Positions 61,197 through 64,000 of a stretch of DNA of 64,000 bases are shown here, piece by piece. The stretch's first letter is position 1. Each line of letters starts with the position of its first letter. The notes under the pieces were generated by a model that did no database searches, was not told the DNA's origin, and was given only the letters and a program-made list of their open reading frames with translations. A program made the translations under genes and the position numbers. Origin of the DNA: an uncultured Defluviitaleaceae bacterium (GTDB lineage: Bacteria; Bacillota; Clostridia; Lachnospirales; WRAX01); the NCBI GenBank assembly GCA_964583165.1, contig CAZOVK010000003.1:1-64000 (forward strand), given 5' to 3'.

Positions 61197-62060
61197 ATGC
61201 AGTATTTTGGTATTAACGCAGCATTTGACGGACAAGAGGATTTAGAAGATTTGCTTATCGACTATCTGATTTACAGAAAGGCGGCTAAGGTGAACGCCTA
61301 TCACGCCACGAAGCAAAACCCCGCCCAACATATCGAGCAGATGAGTGTCAACCGTGAAGCGTTTGAGAATCTGCTGGTCCGGGAGTTGCGCGCTTTGGAC
61401 GAAAACATGCCGCCTATGCAGTCACCGACACAGGATACAAACGAACAACCAATCCTCCAACCCATACCCATGCAACCTACAGAACCGGGAATGCCCACAA
61501 CACCGACCACTCCCCAAATGCCAACGACCCCGCAAATGCCGACAACCCCAACACCAAGCCCTACACCCGCACCAATGCCAACACAGCCGCCCATGCGGAA
61601 GCCCACATGTCAACCCACCGAACAGCCCATGCCCTATATGGAGCCACCCATGCAACCGCGCGCGTTCTCAAATGTGACGGTTCCGTTCCCGGAAGATGAG
61701 ATTTTTGAGGATTTCGGCGTTCACGCTAACATCTCAATGACTGACGTGGACGATTTGCGGTTTATGAAGGCGTTGTATTCGGAGATAGCAAGCCGCTTGA
61801 TGCCCATTATCGAGCGCGCTTTAACTGAAACGGTTAATGCGATGGACGATTTGTTAGACCGTGAAACCCTTCATCAGCTAGTTGACCGCATAATCGATAT
61901 GGCGAAAGGTGAAATCAACGAGGTTGAGGACATATGCCTTGACACGGAGGGCGGCAGATGGGGGCGTTACAGGTTACTGGCCGTAATTGTAGAAACCATA
62001 ATCTTGTACGAAATCTATGCGATAAGAAGACCCAAGCGCAGAGCGGAGAGCAGGGGTTAG
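61197..62060 (+). CDS. hypothetical Pro/Thr/Met-rich repeat protein
   Basis: 287 aa with no signal peptide. The central block MPTTPTTPQMPTTPQMPTTPTPSPTPAPMPTQPPM is low-complexity, and the flanking regions are globular. An RBS GGGAGGA precedes the ATG. Confidence 0.5.
   Translation: MQYFGINAAFDGQEDLEDLLIDYLIYRKAAKVNAYHATKQNPAQHIEQMSVNREAFENLLVRELRALDENMPPMQSPTQDTNEQPILQPIPMQPTEPGMPTTPTTPQMPTTPQMPTTPTPSPTPAPMPTQPPMRKPTCQPTEQPMPYMEPPMQPRAFSNVTVPFPEDEIFEDFGVHANISMTDVDDLRFMKALYSEIASRLMPIIERALTETVNAMDDLLDRETLHQLVDRIIDMAKGEINEVEDICLDTEGGRWGRYRLLAVIVETIILYEIYAIRRPKRRAESRG
61494..61566 (+). repeat. imperfect 18-nt tandem repeats encoding P(Q)MPTTP units
   Basis: CCCCAAATGCCAACGACC and CCGCAAATGCCGACAACC are adjacent, with further degenerate copies. 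They lie in-frame within the Pro/Thr-rich CDS. Confidence 0.5.
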
Positions 62061-62066
62061 AGTATT

Positions 62067-62096
62067 AAAAAGAGCGGGGGTTCCCGCTCTTTATTT
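62067..62096. terminator. bidirectional terminator
   Basis: AAAGAGCGGG-ggtt-CCCGCTCTTT perfect 10-bp stem between convergent genes. Confidence 0.75.
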
Positions 62097-62140
62097 GGAT
62101 GACCATTCTTGCGGATGAAAAAATCGACCGCATGACGGGA

Positions 62141-63565
62141 TTACTCTATATCATTCTCCCATTCGGAAGCGATTTCGGGGTGTTTCAGCGTCATTTTCTT
62201 CAAAATCGCACGGATTTCTTTAAGGTGTTCCTGTGTGTCGGCCTCGAAGATGATGACGATTTCGGGCAGGTTAGACGAAGCGCGGATTAAGCCCCAGCCG
62301 TGTTCAAACTGAACGCGTGCGCCACAGATGTCATTGACTTGACCCGGGTATTCGGCCTTGAATTCTTCGATAATCTGGTCGATTACGCCATATTTGACCG
62401 TATCGTCACAATGTGCCTTGATTTCGGGGCTTGTGATGTAATGCGGGAAGGCGGCGACGATTTCGCTGATTTTCTCGTCATGATGTGAGAGGTATTCAAC
62501 GAGTTTGGCGGCGGCGAACAACGCGTCGTCAAAGCCGTAGTAGTCATGTTTGCCGATAAAGATATGACCCGAACGTTCGCCCGCAAGCTCTGCGCCCGAT
62601 TCGTGCATCTTGCTCTTGATGTAGGAATGCCCGGTCTTCCACATAAGCGGCTTGCCGCCGTTCTGGAGGATGACCTCTTCGAGAGCCTTCGAGCATTTCA
62701 CGTCATAGACGATTGTCGCGCCCGGTACTTCTTCGAGCAGTTGCTTTGAGAGCACAGCAAGGATTATGTCTGACCAGATGTCGTTACCGTTTTCGTCAAT
62801 AACGCCGATTCTGTCGCCGTCGCCGTCAAAGCCGATACCCAAATCAGCCTTAACATACGGGTGTTTAACCATTTCACGCAAGCGTTCACGCGCTTTAAGG
62901 TTAGACGGGTTAGGGAAGTAATGTGGGTAGCTGGTGTCTGGGTCACAATTGAGCTGGAAGGTTGGGCATCCGAGCCTGTGGAAGACTTCAAACGCGAACA
63001 GCCCTGAGCCGCCGTTGCCTGCGTCGATGACTATGCGCGGCTTGTTCGGCCCCATCTTTATACGCCCGGCGATTTCAGAAACATAGTTCTCCCACGCGCT
63101 TGTGACGGTGAGTTCGCCCATCTTTTCGGCGTTGGGTACTTCGGGTGGGTTTGTCACAAGCTCGAAAATCTCTTTTATGTCGCCCGATTCAAGCGTTTTG
63201 GAATAACCCTTGCCCAGTTTGAAGCCAGACCAGCCGTTCGGGTTGTGGCTTGCCGTTATCATGACCGCGCCCTCGCATTTATACAGATATTGCGAGTAAT
63301 AAACAAGCGGGCTGACGGCAAGACCGATGTACGTAACGTCAATACCGAGTTCGCGAAGCGCTTTTATAGCCGCGTCAGCAAAGCCCGGTGAGCATTCGCG
63401 GTTGTCATAACCGACAACTGCCTTGTTGATACCATTTCTTGTCAGGAATATCGAGTAAGCCCTAATAATCCTATAAACGCTGTCTTCATTAAGTTCGTGT
63501 TCGTTGACCATGCCGCGTATGTCATACTCGCGGAACATAGAGCGAAACTGCGGATGCACATCCAT
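62141..63565 (-). CDS. phosphoglucomutase/phosphomannomutase-family protein
   Basis: Active-site phosphoserine loop TASHNP and a sugar-binding loop (GERSGH). Start at MDVHPQ, with GGGGAGGT upstream. Confidence 0.85.
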   Translation of the reverse strand: MDVHPQFRSMFREYDIRGMVNEHELNEDSVYRIIRAYSIFLTRNGINKAVVGYDNRECSPGFADAAIKALRELGIDVTYIGLAVSPLVYYSQYLYKCEGAVMITASHNPNGWSGFKLGKGYSKTLESGDIKEIFELVTNPPEVPNAEKMGELTVTSAWENYVSEIAGRIKMGPNKPRIVIDAGNGGSGLFAFEVFHRLGCPTFQLNCDPDTSYPHYFPNPSNLKARERLREMVKHPYVKADLGIGFDGDGDRIGVIDENGNDIWSDIILAVLSKQLLEEVPGATIVYDVKCSKALEEVILQNGGKPLMWKTGHSYIKSKMHESGAELAGERSGHIFIGKHDYYGFDDALFAAAKLVEYLSHHDEKISEIVAAFPHYITSPEIKAHCDDTVKYGVIDQIIEEFKAEYPGQVNDICGARVQFEHGWGLIRASSNLPEIVIIFEADTQEHLKEIRAILKKMTLKHPEIASEWENDIE

Positions 63566-63748
63566 TTCTATTACCTCCCCAATAGTAAATTCCGTTGATA
63601 TGTATAATCTAACACGCGGTTCTCTGTGTGTCAACTGTTTTGTACAGTGCATATCGCCCAAAATCGCAACCTATTACACCAAACTATTTTATTTGACACA
63701 TCAAAATCTTTATGGTAGATTATTTATGACAGTAAAGGAGACCTTATT

Positions 63749-64000
63749 ATGAATATTGATTTCAATTCGGATAAGCTTCAGGAGGAGTGCGGGGTCATAG
63801 GTTGTTGGTCGCGCTCAGGCACGGATGCCGCGCATCTACTATTTCTGGGGCTTTTTGGTATTCAACACAGAGGCCAACAGAGCGCGGGTATTGCGATTAT
63901 AGACAAATCGCGTATTATTTACCACAAGGAGCTGGGTCTTGCCAGCTCACACATTGACGAGGTTGTCATCAGGCACCTGTCAGGCTCACGCGCGGGCGTA
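63749..64000 (+). CDS. purF: amidophosphoribosyltransferase (N-terminal fragment, continues beyond the window)
   Basis: Ntn-amidotransferase start ...EECGVIGCWS with the catalytic Cys. AGGAG precedes the ATG. The ORF is open at the window edge. Confidence 0.78.
   Translation, partial: MNIDFNSDKLQEECGVIGCWSRSGTDAAHLLFLGLFGIQHRGQQSAGIAIIDKSRIIYHKELGLASSHIDEVVIRHLSGSRAGV

Noticed and set aside
61301-61677. Overlapping ORFs on both strands across the Pro/Thr repeat block
   Set aside because: Alternative-frame readings of the low-complexity repeat DNA give Gly/Val/Cys-rich nonsense.
1-64000. CRISPR arrays, IS elements, integrases and rRNA
   Set aside because: No direct-repeat/spacer periodicity, no transposase-like or integrase-like ORFs, and no rRNA-like conserved stretches were seen.

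Overview
The window reads as chromosomal core DNA from a low-GC Gram-positive bacterium, probably a Clostridia-like Firmicute (inferred from gene content and synteny only). It has about 50% GC, is densely coding, and contains no obvious mobile elements or CRISPR arrays. Order of features along the + strand: tRNA-Arg(TCT) with a terminator; a Y-family polymerase (DinB) plus a small co-transcribed ORF; and a MerR regulator with a 19-bp-spacer promoter. A long minus-strand housekeeping run follows: a DHH phosphoesterase, a CAP-domain protein, a dCache methyl-accepting chemotaxis protein, nadE, a His15-less HPr (Crh-like), whiA, rapZ, murB, a ROK glucokinase, hprK, uvrC, dnaI-like and a DnaD-domain gene. 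Next come a YdjG/YdjI-like zinc-ribbon and SPFH pair, an MFS exporter with a structured leader and a 15-codon upstream ORF, alaS, degV, an AEC transporter, and the dnaG-sigA-trmK macromolecular-synthesis operon in which dnaG has an apparent non-AUG start. After that: a TGS/uridine-kinase-like protein, a metallophosphoesterase, an HD hydrolase, cls, a GNAT, a 1065-aa sensor diguanylate cyclase, a PuuR-like regulator with potABCD, a lipoprotein S8 peptidase carrying a Pro/Thr linker, two translationally coupled COG3541 nucleotidyltransferases, an AI-2E transporter, a CPBP protease, ddl-like with murI, and a second degV. Downstream again: a 1061-aa membrane protein whose C-terminal half is a protein O-mannosyltransferase (Pmt, GT39)-like module and whose N-terminal half is an additional multi-TM domain, immediately followed by a Ppm1/GtrB-like GT2. 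That pair is the strongest candidate for an undescribed system (lipid-linked glycosylation). The window ends with a ROK regulator, a cyclophilin lipoprotein, a secreted DUF3298-type protein, argS, a Pro/Thr/Met-rich repeat protein, a phosphohexomutase, and the start of purF.
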